A stretch of DNA of 64,000 nt, from positions 22,816,001 to 22,880,000 of the forward strand of contig NC_083237.1 in NCBI RefSeq assembly GCF_032191835.1, given 5' to 3'. The stretch's first letter is position 1. Every line of letters starts with the position of its first letter. This document shows, piece by piece, positions 32,521 to 46,448 of this stretch. This DNA comes from Heteronotia binoei (Eukaryota). Under the pieces are notes generated by a model. That model saw only the letters and a list, made by a program, of their open reading frames with translations. It did not search any database and had not been told where the DNA came from. The position numbers were made by a program, and so were the translations under genes.

Positions 32521-33240
32521 AAGCTGCTTGAAAGAAGTTCACACACACATGGGAGCAACAGAAGGCTGGAAACTGTGACACATCCCCCTCCACAAGTGGG
32601 TGGAGTTTACGGCCCAATAACTGCCTTCACCAGAAGGATTATTAAAGGCCAATTATCACATGCAACCCTCCGCGACAAAAATACCCCTGTTGAAATTTTG
32701 CAGAGGAGCAGAAATGCCACAGGGTGGCAGCAAACACCATAAAATTGGGCTGTCGCTGCTGCTGAACCTGCCCTTTTCTCTGTTTGTATTTACTATTTAC
32801 AGTTAGCCTAAAGTAGGCTTAATCTGGCAATGGCAAATCTGTGCCATCTTTTACAATCGCTCCTGTGGATTCCTGCAGCCATTTTCTTCCAGCTGCCTGT
32901 AATAACAAGCTGAATTTCAACAGGCAAAACTTCATCATGCAATATCTATATGTTAGGCTCGTGAACTTCCAGGTACGGGCTGGAGATCTCCCGGGATTTC
33001 AACTGATCTCCAGATGACAGAGATCAGTTCCCCTGGGGGGAAAATGCCGTGACTCTTTTAATCTGCTAAAAAACATTTCCATGACTACATACTAACTCAC
33101 TGCCCACTTTCTCTATATTTAGGATTGCTTGCCATTCCATCCTATTGTCTGATGAAGTCTGCTTCTTCTAGCACACAAAAGCTTACATTCTGAATAAAAC
33201 GTTGTTCTTAAAGGTGAACTTGACTCTTGCTTTGTTGTAC

Positions 33241-35040
33241 TCCTTCGGCCCACTCAGTCTGGAGGAAGTCGACAGGATCCTTGCAGCTGTGCACCCTACG
33301 ACCTGTAGGTTAGATCCGTGCCCGTCTTGGCTTATAAAGGCTAGCCAAACGTGGCTGCGTGAACCACTACAGGACATTATCAACAGGTCCCTGATTGAAG
33401 GGATCTTTCCCACACCTCTTAAAGAGGCAGTGGTCTGTCCCCTCTTTAAAAAACCATCAGCAGACCCGGCCATATTGGCGAACTATCGACCGGTGTCAAA
33501 CCTTCCCTTTCTGGGCAAGGTCATAGAGCGGGCGGTAGCGATTCAGCTGCAAGGATTCCTGGAGGACACTTCCGCACTGGATCCATTCCAGTCCGGCTTC
33601 CGGCCAGGTCACGGGACGGAGACAGTTCTGGTCGCCCTCATAGATGACCTTATGCGACATCTGGACCATGGCGGTTCCGCAGTGCTGTTGTTATTAGATC
33701 TGTCAGCCGCTTTTGACACGGTTGACCATCAGCTACTGACTAGCCGCCTTGCCGATGTGGGGATTCAGGGACTGGCCTTACAGTGGCTGACCTCCTTTCT
33801 CCAAGATCGGGGACAAAGGGTGGTGATAGGGGAGGAAGCATCCCAGAGGCACTCTCTTAGCTGTGGGGTGCCGCAGGGAGCGGTCCTATCCCCGATGCTA
33901 TTTAATATCTATATGCGCCCCCTTGCCCAGATTGTCAGGAGGTACGGACTGGGTTGCCATCAATATGCGGATGACACCCAGCTCTATCTATTGATGGGTA
34001 GCCAGTCTGACTGTACCCTGGAAAATCTAGACCTGGCGTTACAAGCCGTGGCCTTTTGGCTCAGACTGAATCGGCTGAAATTGAATCCGACGAAGACGGA
34101 GATTCTCTACCTGGGTCGGGGCGGTCCGGGGAGAGAGATCCAGCTGCCGGCCCTTGACGGGGTACCATTGATACCGGTCCCTAAGGTCAAGAGCTTAGGC
34201 GTGCTCCTTGAGTCCTCCCTTACAATGGAGGCTCAGGTGGCAGCCACTGTTAGATCTGCCTTCTTTCATCTTCGGCAAGCGCGGCAGCTGGCCCCTTACC
34301 TGGAGCGCAACGACTTAGCGAGGGTAATCCATGCTACGGTCACCTCAAGAATAGATCACTGTAATGCTCTCTACATGGGGCTACCCTTGACGCTAACCCG
34401 GAGACTACAGCTAGTGCAGAACGCTGCGGCACGGCTGCTAATGGGGCTGCCACGACGGGAGCACATTCAGCCAATGCTGAGAGAGCTGCACTGGTTGCCT
34501 GTTGTATTCCGAGTTCGCTTCAAGGTGTTGGTATTAACCTTTAAAGCCCTCTATGGTCAGGAACCTGCCTATCTATGGGACCGCCTTTCCCCATATATCC
34601 CCCAGAGAGCACTGCGATCAGGGACAAAAAATCTGTTGTCTGCCCCTGGCCCAAAAGAAGCCAGGCTATGTGTAACGAGATCCAGGGCTTTTTCGGTGGC
34701 AGCGCCAGAACTTTGGAACACCCTCCCAGAAGCTATAAGGGCCCTGCGGGATTTGTCTGCGTTCCGCAGGGCCTGTAAGACCGAACTGTTTAAACAGGCT
34801 TTTGTGGTCTAATTGAAAAAGGGCTGCCACCGGACACCGGTGGGTCTGATCATAGTTAAGAAGTCAATACCGCCTATACTGGATTGAAATAGCGCTATAG
34901 AATGGTTTTAAAGTTGATATGTAAATTATGGTTTTATATGTTTTATTGGATTGATTGTTTTGTGGTGGTGTGGGCCGCCCTGAGTCCGCTTGCGGAGAGG
35001 GCGGGATATAAATGAAAAGTAATAAATAAAAAATAAATAA
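33241..35040 (+). mobile_element. L2-clade LINE, 5'-truncated, uninterrupted RT ORF (33202-34812)
   Basis: RT motifs NYRPVSNLPFLGK, QSGFRPGHGTET, LDLSAAFDTVDH, GVPQGAVLSP, YADD. No stops or frameshifts over about 1.6 kb; 3'UTR and (TAAA)n tail. Confidence 0.92.
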
Positions 35041-35129
35041 ACTCTGTGTTGTTCATCTGTTAGAGTCAAGAGGAGCCCTGCTGGGGGAAAAGTGACATCC
35101 ATGTTTTCCCCTCTTTAGCCACGAGGAGG

Positions 35130-35345
35130 CGCATGTGCTGCATCATGAAGACGACCAGGTTGCAAGGGACTCATAGAGACTTGTTGGTCGGCGTGTTCCA
35201 GGTAAGAGACTGTCAAAGGTGATTTGCCATTGCCTGCCTCTGCATAGCAACTCCAGGCTTCCTTGGTGGTCTCCCATCCAAGTACCAACCGGAAATGGCT
35301 CTGCTTAGCTTTCGAGCTCTGATAAACTCTGGCTAAGCTGGGCAA
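35130..35345 (-). mobile_element. 5S-Sauria-like SINE
   Basis: ggtggtctcccatccaagtacc...gctctgcttagctttcgag is the reverse complement of the 5S head. Further copies at about 35790-35995, 36350-36520, 37030-37190, 45740-45905(+), 47885-48055(+) and 53460-53640. Confidence 0.75.
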
Positions 35346-35989
35346 CACAGATTGCTTCTGTATTGTGAGGAGGTGCCAAGGATGCTTTTACAAAGAGAAT
35401 TTCCCAGGGAGGACGGAAAGAAGCCAAATTCTTTGCAATGGCCAGAGGCCCCCTGGGAACACAGAGAGGGGGCACAGTAAGTAGGCTTACCAGCTGATTT
35501 GCTTTAGCAGTACACTGGCACACATGGACACATGGAATTTTACAGAGCATGATGGTTTGTACAGTACACTATTAGATTGGCTGGCAAAACACACCCGGGG
35601 CATGTTCCTGTGCCTTCATTGAGGACTGGGCTTGCGAAAACATCACTCCATGATGCTTGTGGGCCCACACAAGACTTCACAGCATTGTAAATGCCAAACA
35701 AAACAGCGTTACAAGATTTAAGAAGTACATGCATAAAATGAAGTTTAAAATGTTCCATCTGTTTGCAAGACCTGGGCAAACCTGTCAATGATAGAACATT
35801 TTGGGGGTCATGGATTTATGGTGGTGGAGGAATGTTCCATTGAGTCACAGCTGATTTATGGCGACCCTTGGTGGGTTTTCAAGGCAAGGGACAGTCAGAG
35901 GCGGTTGGCCTGTATCTCTGTATCGCACGCCTGGTATTATGTGGAGGTCTCCCATCCAAATACTAGCCAGAGCCAACTCTGCTTAGCCA

Positions 35990-36260
35990 GTTTGGTGTAG
36001 TGGTTAAGAATACAGATTCTAATATGGGAGAACCAGGTTTGATTCCCCTCTCCTTCACATGCACCTGCTGGTGGGGCCTTGGATCAGTCATGAGTTCTCT
36101 CAGAGCTGTTCTCTCAAGAGCAGCTGTCTTGGAGCTCTCTCAACTCCACCCACTTCACAGGGTGCCTCTTGTAGGAAGGGGAAGGGAAAGGAGATTGGAA
36201 GCTGCTCTGAGACTCCAAGTGAAGGTCGGGATACAAATCCAATCTCCTTTTCTTCCTTTT
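35990..36260 (+). mobile_element. Squam3-like SINE (diverged)
   Basis: gtttggtgtagtggttaag head through ...gggatacaaatcc tail. Confidence 0.7.
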
Positions 36261-38819
36261 CTTTCTGACAAGATCAGGCTAGCCTGGCTACCCAGTTCAG
36301 GGCTGAATTAGAATAATGTCCCAAACAGTATGGTGCTGGGAGGTGTCCTTAAATCACCACTGACTTCTGGTGACCCCTAGTGGGGGTTTTCAAGGCTAGT
36401 GAGAGGCATTGCCTTCCTCTGTGTAGCAACCCTGGACATCCTTGGTGGTCTCCCATCCAAATACTGCTCAGTTTCTGAGATCTGATGAGAGTGGGCTGTC
36501 CTGGGCTATCCAGGGTTGCCATTAATTCATAGGATCATCATAAGTCAGCAGTGACTTGAGGGCACGTAACACCCACACAGCGGATGTCAACATACGTCGA
36601 GGAGTTCATTGATGCAGTCAATTGTTGCTAATTACCGTGAAAGGTCAGGATGTTCTTTCTCATTATGTTTAAAGTGAGCATGTTTAGACATTGTTTCTGA
36701 GACATCTTTATCAAAATTGCAGAGAGTTAGCCGTGTTAGAATGTGGTAGCAAAAAAAGCCCAGGATGACATCTTAAAGATTAAAGACGTTTTATTTTGGC
36801 ATGAGCTTTTGCGAGTTAGAGTTCTCTTCCTCAGATGCTGTGAAGAGGAAATCGAAGCCTTTGAAGAAGGAAGATCTGCCTCAGGAAAACTCAGGATGAA
36901 ACAACTGTGGTTAGTCTTTAAGGTGCACCTGGACATCTTCACCTGCCATTCCTAAGCTATTCACTTGGCGCCAGGATCTGACAACCCAAATTCCAGCAAC
37001 AGTTAAAAATGCTTATATGTCTGTGTGGACTGTCAAGTTGCAACGGACTCCTGGTGGGCCCAGCAAAAGGCTTTCAAAGCAGATGAGAAGCAGAAAGGGT
37101 TAACCGTTGCCTTCTTCTGTAGAGTCTTCCTTGGAAGTCTCCCATCCAAGCTTCTGAGTTCTGACAGGAATGAGCTATACTGTCTTCCTCCTGAAAGATC
37201 TCATATGAATTCATATTTGTTTGGCACCATTCCTTCCAATACTTCATCTTCAAAACCATTCTCCTGAAAACAGCCCACTGAAGTGGGAGGATACAAACCA
37301 GGCTGGGAGCTGCTTTCCCTGAGGCATGGATGGAGCAAAACCTAACAATGCACATCTCCTAATTCACTGTTAATATTTACCTCAAAATAAATGGTTCCTT
37401 TAGTTTTAAACAGAAACAATCTTATATCTGTTTTACCTCAGTGATTGATTCAAGATTGGGTGGGTTATATTCAGGCCCAGCTATATTCAGGCCCCTTGAG
37501 CCCAGTTTTAGTTGTGAGTGTGTGAATTTCCCACTGGGAACAATGGGGTAGGCGGGAAATTGTATTGTGGCAGGTGGATGGAAATTTCTGTGGGTCTCTA
37601 GCGGGGGCCCTCAACATAGCACCCGCCAAACCAGGGCTGGCCCTAAACTGTCTGCCACCCTAGTCAAAGCTAACTTCTGGTGGCCCTCCCCCCTGCACTA
37701 ATAAACTCACCAAGTCACATGGGGGCGCGCCGAATTCGGTGCCCCCATATGGCTAGCGCCCTAGGGCTGGTACTGGGTACAGTGTCACAGAGTCCACTGT
37801 CCAAAGCACCCATTTTTTCCTGGGGAAGCTGATCTCTGCAGTCTAGAGATGAGCTGCAATTCTGGGTGATCCCCAGATGCCACCTTTAGGGATGCCAGCC
37901 TCCAGGTGGGACCTGGAGATCCCCCAGAATTACAGTTTATTTCCAGACTACAGAGACCCTGGGGAAAATGGCTGCTTTGGAGGGTAGATTCTGTGACACT
38001 GTGACCCCACTGAGGCCCCTATCCTCCTGAGTCTCCATCCCATTATCTCCAGGAGTTTCCCAACCTGAATTTGACAACTCTGCCTCTCCATCCCTTGCCC
38101 ATAGCCAGCGTTCTCCCACCTGGAGGCTGGCATCCCCTTTCCTACCCACCATGCTGTCTCAGAATCTCAAAGATGCCTGCAGGCTCAAAAAGTTTGGAGA
38201 CCCCTGGCTTATATGGTGGTGGCTATCCCCTCCACCCCTGAGAAGTTCATCACAATTTGATGGCAGCGAGGATGGGGTAGGAAGAAATCCTGTCTTTCGA
38301 AGCTGGCAGCACCCACAGAGACCGTGAGTTCCATAGGGAGAGCCAGGTTGGTTTGCTGTCATGGAAATAAACCAGAGTCTCAGGAATTTATTCCAGCAAA
38401 AGTTCTTGTGGACTAGATCCCTCTTCATCTGGTGCATGTAGCGATCATCACATCACCCTTACTGGTTGGCAACATTTATGGAACTAAACGCTACAAAACA
38501 GAACCCTCGATCGAAGCTTTCTGTGAGAATAGTACATGGCAAAGATACTGGGATCTTTGGTAATGCTTGCATCCCACTAAGGAGCTGAAGCGTCTCCTCC
38601 CACATGAGATCTGCCAGGAAAAAATCAGTAGCATCCCCAGTGGCTTTTGGAGCTGCCAAAAAGAAAAAAGAAAATCATAATGAAATAAAATTTGACAAAG
38701 CGCTTTCCCCTAAAGGCGCACAGGGCTTCATGGACATTGCAGGGCTACGACATTCCATCAGGTGGGCCACGCCAGGGCTGGGGAAAGGCTTGGAGCAGCT
38801 TGCCAGAGCTGATAACCGT

Positions 38820-39115
38820 GAAGGAAAGGAAAGGTCCCCTGTGCAAGCACCAGTCGTCTCTGACTCTGGGGTGATGTTGCTTTCACAACGTTTTCACGGC
38901 AGGCTTTTTATGGGGTGGTTTGCCATTGCCTTCCCAGTCATCTACACTTTCCCCCCAGCAAGCTGGGTACTCATTTAACTGACCTCGGAAGGATGGAAGG
39001 CTGAGTCAACCTCGAGCCGGCTATCTGAAAACCCAGCTTCCGCTGGGGATCCAGCTCAGGTAGTGACTTAGGACTGCAGTACTGCAGCTTTAACACTTTG
39101 CACCACGAGGCTCTT
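38820..39115 (-). mobile_element. Sauria SINE, near full length
   Basis: tRNA-like head (ctgcagtactgcag), conserved body and purine-rich tail on the plus strand. Confidence 0.85.
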
Positions 39116-41289
39116 TTGATAATCGTGAACTCATGACAAAAAAGGATATTCCCTGCCTCCCCTTGTGCAGTGTGTGTGTGTGTGTGGGGGGGAACTTCAC
39201 TGGTTGAATTCCTGTCTGCCTGCCATGCGAAAGCGGTAAGGGCACAAGAGAAAACTTGGCTGCCTCCCCCCACCTTCCACTCCAGAACTGGTTTGTCTTC
39301 CACCCCCTTTGCTTCCTGTCTGACTCACACGCCGTTCAAACAATCCTCGGTTCCTTTTAGATTTTTTTTCCCTTTTGGCTCCAAGCCCTTGGAATGTCTG
39401 AAATTAATTCTTTTGACTAGCAAGTGGCACGGGGGAGGGAGGCCAGAAATTGACAGGTCAGGACTTCCAAACTCTCCCCCCTGAAGAAGGGGGGGGGGGG
39501 TTTCTTGGCAGTTCAAATTATGGGGTGTCACAGCCTTGAGAAATGGGCAGGTGGGCTCCAGAAGGGCAGGCAGGGTCCGAGCCGGGGTTCCCTCTCCGCC
39601 TCTGATTCTTTCTCGGACTCTCCTCTTCCTCAACCTGTGATTCATTCTCTGGTTCCGGCTGGGTTGCTTCCACCGTCCATTGCTCGGCCCCACACATTCC
39701 TTCCCCATGAGCTGATCCGTCTGGGCTTTCTCATCTTCTGGTTTCCGTCTCTTTAATCTTCTCTTTCTCCTTTGCAGGCTCCCTCACCCGTTCCCCCCCC
39801 TCCTTTTCCAAAATTGGATTTTAAAGATTTCCACATTTATTCCTTCTGCAGCCAAATTCGCTCTGTCTGTGTGGCCTCACCGTGTGAGAACAGGAAACAT
39901 TTACTGATTGTTGTTGTCTCTGTACAAAGGCTTGAAAGCAACCTGCTCGCCTGTAGTGAGCCAAAATTGTTTCCAGGTAACCAGACGGAAATGTTTTTGC
40001 AAACAAAAAGATTAGCCCCCCCCCCATCATCTTCAAGCCTTTCTATGTGTAGGTCTGCTAGTAATTTTAGAAAGGCTGCCAGTGGCTTTTAAGAAACTTG
40101 CTCTCTGTGTCAATGTGGTTTAACTGTTGGGAAAAGTCAGATTCTTCTAAATAATGTACTTTCAATCCACTTTCAGTGCACTCTGCAACTGGGTTTTACT
40201 GTGTGAAATGGCAAGGTCCACTTGCAAACAGTGGCTGAAGTGGCTGGAAACTGGACTATTTAGCATGTGTGAAAGTGCCCTCATGAAGAAAAAAGGGACT
40301 GTAAAGAGAAGCACCCCTCTCTTTACAATTGTCTCAGGGTGTATTTTTGTGGCAGTGTGGGGGAGAGGAAAATTGTGAGGAGGGAGGAGAAGAACATTGG
40401 AGAAATCTATCCCTACTTCCACCCCATTGCCTTGAGCCACAGAAGGAATTTACCCAAGACATTTCCAGGCCACGGGTGATGGAACTATGCTTCTGGGTCA
40501 TGCCTGCAAACTTCATTTTCCAAGTCTGTCACCGCTTTGGCCAAAAATCTCAGAGGAAGCAGAGTATTCTTTCATATGCAACAGAACTACAGTTCCCAGA
40601 ATACCTTGAGGAAAACTCCAGTAATTCAGCTGGTTGGGTTGTACAGTCTAAACTCTGTGGCTGATTTCACAACTGTGTCACATTTTGTGCGGATGTTTGT
40701 GTTATCATTAGCAGTGAGAAAGAGGAGGTAATCTTGTGCCAGCCACATGGCTAGATAGAGTGGAGAACTTGGCTATACTTTTCACCCTGCCTGATGAAAG
40801 AGCTCTGTGTGTAACCCAGAAGTTGGCACACAACCAGTTCTCTCAGCTAAGAAGTGCTGGGGTTCAGGGTGGCCTTAGGATTGCCCCATTTTTCTATGGG
40901 GCCCTGCTTTTGGGGCAGGTCTCTCACACACAAACTGCATTGGATTGAAGTTTTCCTGTCATTTTGGCAGAAGAGCTGAAGCTAAGGTTTTGAGAGCCGT
41001 TGAGGAGGAAAATGCTGTGTCCCCCCTCCCCAAACTTCAAATCTCAGATTTGCCAGCATCAGTGTACATCATAATGACTTTTTAAGATGCCTTTTTGCAC
41101 ATGCTCTATGGGACTTTTTATTGCTATTTCAAATGTTACAGTGCTGTGCATAAAAGAGGCATATTAAGCCCTCTGGTGATTTTTTTTTAAATCACCTCAC
41201 CTATGTGGGGTATGTTAAGCATTGTCAAGTCATTTCCCACTTCTGGTGGCCCTATAAATTAATGAACTCCAAAATGTCCTCTTATTAAC

Positions 41290-41710
41290 AGCCTTGCTCA
41301 GGTCTTGCAAACTGAAGGCTTCCTTGAGTCACTGGGTCTTATGTCAGGTCTTCCTCTTCTCTTGCTGCCTTCAACTTTTCTTAGCATTATTGTCTTTTCC
41401 AATGGATCTTGTCTTCTCATAATGTGGCCAAAGTACAATAGCCTCAGTGTAGTCATTTTAGTGTTCAGACTTGATTTGGTCTAGAACCCACATCTTTATC
41501 TTTTTGGCAGTCCACAGTGTCCATAAAACTCTCCTCCAACACATTTCAAAGGAATCAACTTTTTTCCTGTCAGCTTTCATCACTGTCTGACTTTCATACC
41601 CTTGCATAGTAATGTGGAATTCTATGGTATGAAGGATCTTGATCACCTGTTGTGACACATCTTTACTCTTAAGGATCCTTTCTAGTTCCTTCATGGCTGC
41701 CTTTCCCACC
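41290..41710 (-). mobile_element. RTE/BovB-like LINE 3' fragment
   Basis: Minus ORF ...KADRKKVDSFEMCWRRVLWTLWTAKK..WVLDQIK is an RTE ORF C-terminus. Confidence 0.75.
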
Positions 41711-44700
41711 CTCAGTCTCTCCTTCTGATTTCTTGGTTGCAGTCTCCCTTTGGGTTGAGGATGGAGCCAAGGAATACAAAATACAATTCCATTTTCTTCA
41801 TCATAAGCTTTAAAGCTGTGCAGTTCCCTAACTTATACATGCTTTTTGAAAAAATCCCAGATTTTTATTTGCCTGCTCTCCCCCACAAGCTCTTGAAATA
41901 AGGTGGGGACAACCCCCCCCTTTCTTCAGCAGTTTCTTCAGCTGAAGAAAATTGGGGACATACAAACACCATGTAGGCAGATCTCTGGAACCAGTGGTGG
42001 CTTCAAGGGTCACCCGTGTCCAAAAGATACCTCTGATTTTGCTCTCCTCCTGCTGCTGCTGCTGCCACCTTTGGATGACTCACAGGGGTGGTGTCAGACA
42101 CAGGCTGGTATGAACTAAGGGGACAGGAATGTGCAGCCAGCAGAGGCCAGAAGGGCAGACGCAAGAAAGGGAGAGTGAGTCACAGAGTGAGGGAGAAGGA
42201 AACTGTGGGGGAGGGAGAGATCCCAACAAAGGAGCAGAAGGCCTCAGGAAGGGGAGAGGGGGGGGGCTTTAAAATTTTAAAAAACCCACAGGGAAGGGGT
42301 GTCACAGAGACAGAAGTGAACAGAAGGCAGGCTTGGGGAGGAGGGGAGAGTATGTGGATCATTTTCACCCTCCCAATAAGGCTTCATTTCTAAGACCTTT
42401 CCCCTCACTCCTTGACTACAGGTTCTGTAGTACGGAATCAGGAAGAACAACTGAAAGGAGGAAAGAAAGCAGGGTAAAAATATAAACAGAGGGCAATTTG
42501 TTTTAAGGAACTAAAAGATGTTGTGATTTCCCTTCAGTCTAAATGCAAATGACACAAAATATAGGTTTCACATGTTACTCCAAGTCTCCTTGAAGGAAAG
42601 GAGAAACACACTGTCATCTGTAAACCTAATGAAACAGATGCCCACCCTACCATCCACTTCCCACATGGGCACTTAGCACCAGTGTCATAGAGATGTCATA
42701 AGGAGAATAGCCACCCGACATGAAAACATACTGTGGGTCACGATCAAATTATTTTGTTACTGATTAACAGTACAGCCCTAAACAGAGGGACACCCTTCTA
42801 AATGCACTGAAGTCAATGGGCTTAGAACAATGCAACTTTGCTTAGGATTGTGACTCCAACTCTGGAGTGGGGGGAAAAGCAGTCTTCTGGTTTGGGGTGA
42901 GAGAGATACATCCCTACAAGGCATCCTTCTTGGGCAGTTCCTCTCTGGTGAGCAAGAGGAGGAAGAATGCTCCCCTTAAAATGGCACATTTTAAAAGTTT
43001 ATAGGGTTGCGCATTTCATACATGGAATTTCCCCCTCCTCCTCTTGAAGTCTTTGCGGGCTTTTTATGTGCAAGCCTCTTTTGTGGGCTGCTGGTTTTAA
43101 TCTGTAGATTGTGTTACTGCCTGGGAGTTCAGTTCTGACGAATTATTTCACTGACCCATGGTTTTAAATTGGTATCATTTCTTTTTTGTTCTTGCTGCCT
43201 CCTGGGGATGCTTGGAGAAGCAAGGAGACCAAGGCGTTAAATGCTTTCAAAAGTTCTGTTTCCACTGATCAGACACGAGAGGTTTTTAATCTTTTCAGCC
43301 CACTAAACCCTGGCTTATGATCCTTTACATCCCTGGCAGGGTTTACATCCTTTTCTCTGCTAGTACCAAGGGGCAGCCATGTTATTTGGTTTTAGCAAAA
43401 TTGAACAGGAGCCCAGTAGCACCTTAAAAAGGTAAACCAAATTTATTTCATGAGCTGCTGAGGGAGAGTTGAACAGGAAACCAGTGGTGTGATCATCCTT
43501 TGTCAAAGCACCCTGTCATTCCTTCAGGGAACCTGGTGTAGGGTTTCCAGGTTGTCTCTTTCTCTGAAGTTCTGGACAGGTTCAAACCTGCTTTGCTTCA
43601 GAGATGAAAGTACATCAAGGTACATTCAGCTATCCTCTGGGCATGAAGAAAAAAAGGAAACCGCACATACAGCTGCGCTCTCAAGTTTTGGGAAGTCCCT
43701 TCACACCTCAGTCTGCGGCCTTACATGGCAGGAAAGCCATGCCGATTTCCACTTGGTGAAAGTTTTCTTTTCACATTTTCAGGGCCTGGTAGGGCATGTC
43801 TTGAATGCCAAGGCTCAGCCATGAAACAATTGAGGAATTTCTGAGCATGGGCAGAGAGCATTTGCCTTCCATCTGTATAAAAATGGCTAGAACCAGGCTG
43901 GCATGTCCAGAGCTGAAGGAAATAGCTTTCAGCAGGCTGAGATCTTGCCACCTTTTGAGGTAGGGTTTGAACGCTGGGGAAATGCTTTTTTTTGTCTTTT
44001 TAAGCAAAAAAGAGGCAAACCAAAGAACAGCTGAAGCACAGGATGCCATCTTTTTGTTGAAACAAAAGAAGGCTTGGCACAATTTAGATAGGGATATTTC
44101 TTGGGCCACTGTTTAGAAAAAGTATACATTAGTTAAAGCAAAAAAAAAAGGAAGGACGTAGAAGAAAAAAGATTCTTACAGAGAAGGTATCTTACCCTTA
44201 CTCTTATGAGGCCTTGCTAGATGACTGTGGGCAAGCCATTCCTCCTGGCCCATATTTTGCAATAGATAACAATCGCTGTAATCCGTATAATCGCTACTGT
44301 GCCATAGGCGACAGTTGTATGGATTAGTGACAATATACACAATGTGCGCTAATCACTACTTCTATTTCTATCCGGATTGATGAATGGGTCTCAGAACTTG
44401 TCTCAGCAGCCACCACTCTTTTCGTTCCAAAACACGGCACCTTTTGTTTTCTTAAGCGTTTTATTTTTTTTTGTTTTGTTTAAATCCACAAACTTTGCTT
44501 CAGGAAGTGACATGCAAGGATAATTTTTTTTTGTCTGCTAGCTTGCTTCAATTCACAACCATAAAATTAAATTTCTCTTAGAGCAGACGACATAAATAGT
44601 AATCTCTCTGTGGGAGCACCAAAGGTTTGTGGGGGAGGGGAGCGCGAGAGGAAAGAAGAACCGACATTAGTGTTGGCTTAAGCACCGGCTACTTGGCCGA

Positions 44701-45942
44701 TTTCACATACAGTGGCCCAGCCACAGACAGAGAAGAGCCTGAGGGAAGACTTGGGAGAAGCATATAGACTGTGTGCTCCTCTTCCAGAGAGACTCAGCAC
44801 CCAATATATACTCTCTATATACAGAAAAAAAATCTACCAGTCACATTCATGATAAACCTCAGTGGCTTCGCAGAGGGAAGCAAACAGTAGATACTGTGAG
44901 GCTCTTTGTGAAAGGGCTCCCAAGATGGGAAGGATTTGGAAACGGCAAAGTTCCTCACAGCTGTGCCCAGTTCGAAAATGTCACCCCAATGTGGGGCATT
45001 AGATCGGGGGGGGGGGGGTGTTAGAAAAAGACCCTTTCACTGCTCCCCCTAACACTGGAAAAAATTTAACGGGGAAGCTGATGTACCTTTACAAAAGGGA
45101 TTACTCCCTGCTTCTCCCTGAAATGTGCATCAGAAAAGAGGACTGCAGACCCTGCCCCCCCCCGAAAAAAATTGTGTGCAAAAGTGAAATGCCCCAGAAT
45201 CTCAGGGCATAGGAAGAAACATCCTTCAGGTGTCATTAGGAAAAGTCAGAGGTAATCCAAGGTTGAAGTTGTCCTTTTTTCTTAATTGCTGACCAAAAGA
45301 TCTGTAGGGGGGAAGGAAAGAGTTTGTCAGTGGAAAGTGTATCAGTTATGGGCAGAGGCTAAGAAGCTGCAGCTAAGGTTGGCACAAAAGTCAAAGCCAA
45401 GAGGCCCTGGCAACGAGAATCTGTCTTTACCCACAAAGTGGCTGGCAAGAAAAACCCACACATTTCCTATAACCAGTGAGTAAAGAAACAGCATATATGT
45501 TTATTGGGCTTCTTCCTATATGATAAAACATAAGAAGGGCCCTGCTGGATCAGACCAGTGGTTCATCTAGTCCAGCATCTTGTCTCACGCACTGGCCAAT
45601 CAAGTCTTCTGGAGGTCCAACAACAGAGGCTGACTGCCTCTGAATATGGAGTTTCCTTTTAGTCACCATGGCTGGAGGCCGTTGATAGACCTGCCTTCCT
45701 GAATCAGTCTTAATTCCCTTTTAAAGCCATCTATGTCTGTGGCAACCTGGCCTCTTCAGAAGTCAGGACTAGCCATGGTTAATACTAGGATGGGAGACCA
45801 CCAAAGGTTGCTATGCAGAGGCAGGCAATGGCAAACCACCTCTGTTTGTCTCTGGCCTTGAAAATCCTATGGGATCGTGATAAACCAGCCACGACATGAC
45901 AGTGCTTTCCACCTTCATGCCTGTGGCTATCACTACATGAAA

Positions 45943-46245
45943 AGGTCAAGGTAGTCCCCTGTGCAAGCACCAGTCGTTTTCGACTCTGGGGTGACATTGC
46001 TTTCACAATGTTTTCACCACAGACTTTTTATGGGGTGGTTTGCCATTGCCTTCCCCAGTCATCTACACTTCCCCCCCCCCCCCAGCAAGCTGGGTACTCA
46101 TTTTACTGCTCTCGGAAGAATGGAAGGCTGAGTCAACCTCAAGCCAGCTACCTGAATCCAGCTTCCGCTGGGATTGAACTCAGGTCGTGAGCAGAGGGCT
46201 CCGACTGCAGTACTGCAGCTTTATCACTCTGCGCCACGGGGCAGA
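45943..46245 (-). mobile_element. Sauria SINE, near full length
   Basis: Colinear with 38820-39115; lies just downstream of the TNFRSF12A stop. Confidence 0.85.
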
Positions 46246-46448
46246 GTGCACGTCACTGCATACTCTGGCAGAAAATTCTGCATTTTAATGTGATGTGTGC
46301 GTGCTGGAATGGAGGGAGCACACAGAGAGGTTACAAGGCTTTTCCTTGCCAGTCTTGAGAGTTAGAAACAGCGTCTTGTTCTGCAATGTGAAAGAAGCCA
46401 ACTCCTGACAGATGGGAAAGGGAAGGAGTAAAGTGCTTGTTCTCACTT

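Noticed and set aside
33202-34812. 536-aa ORF as a host gene
   Set aside because: It is a LINE reverse transcriptase; the first residues come from flanking sequence and the endonuclease domain is missing.
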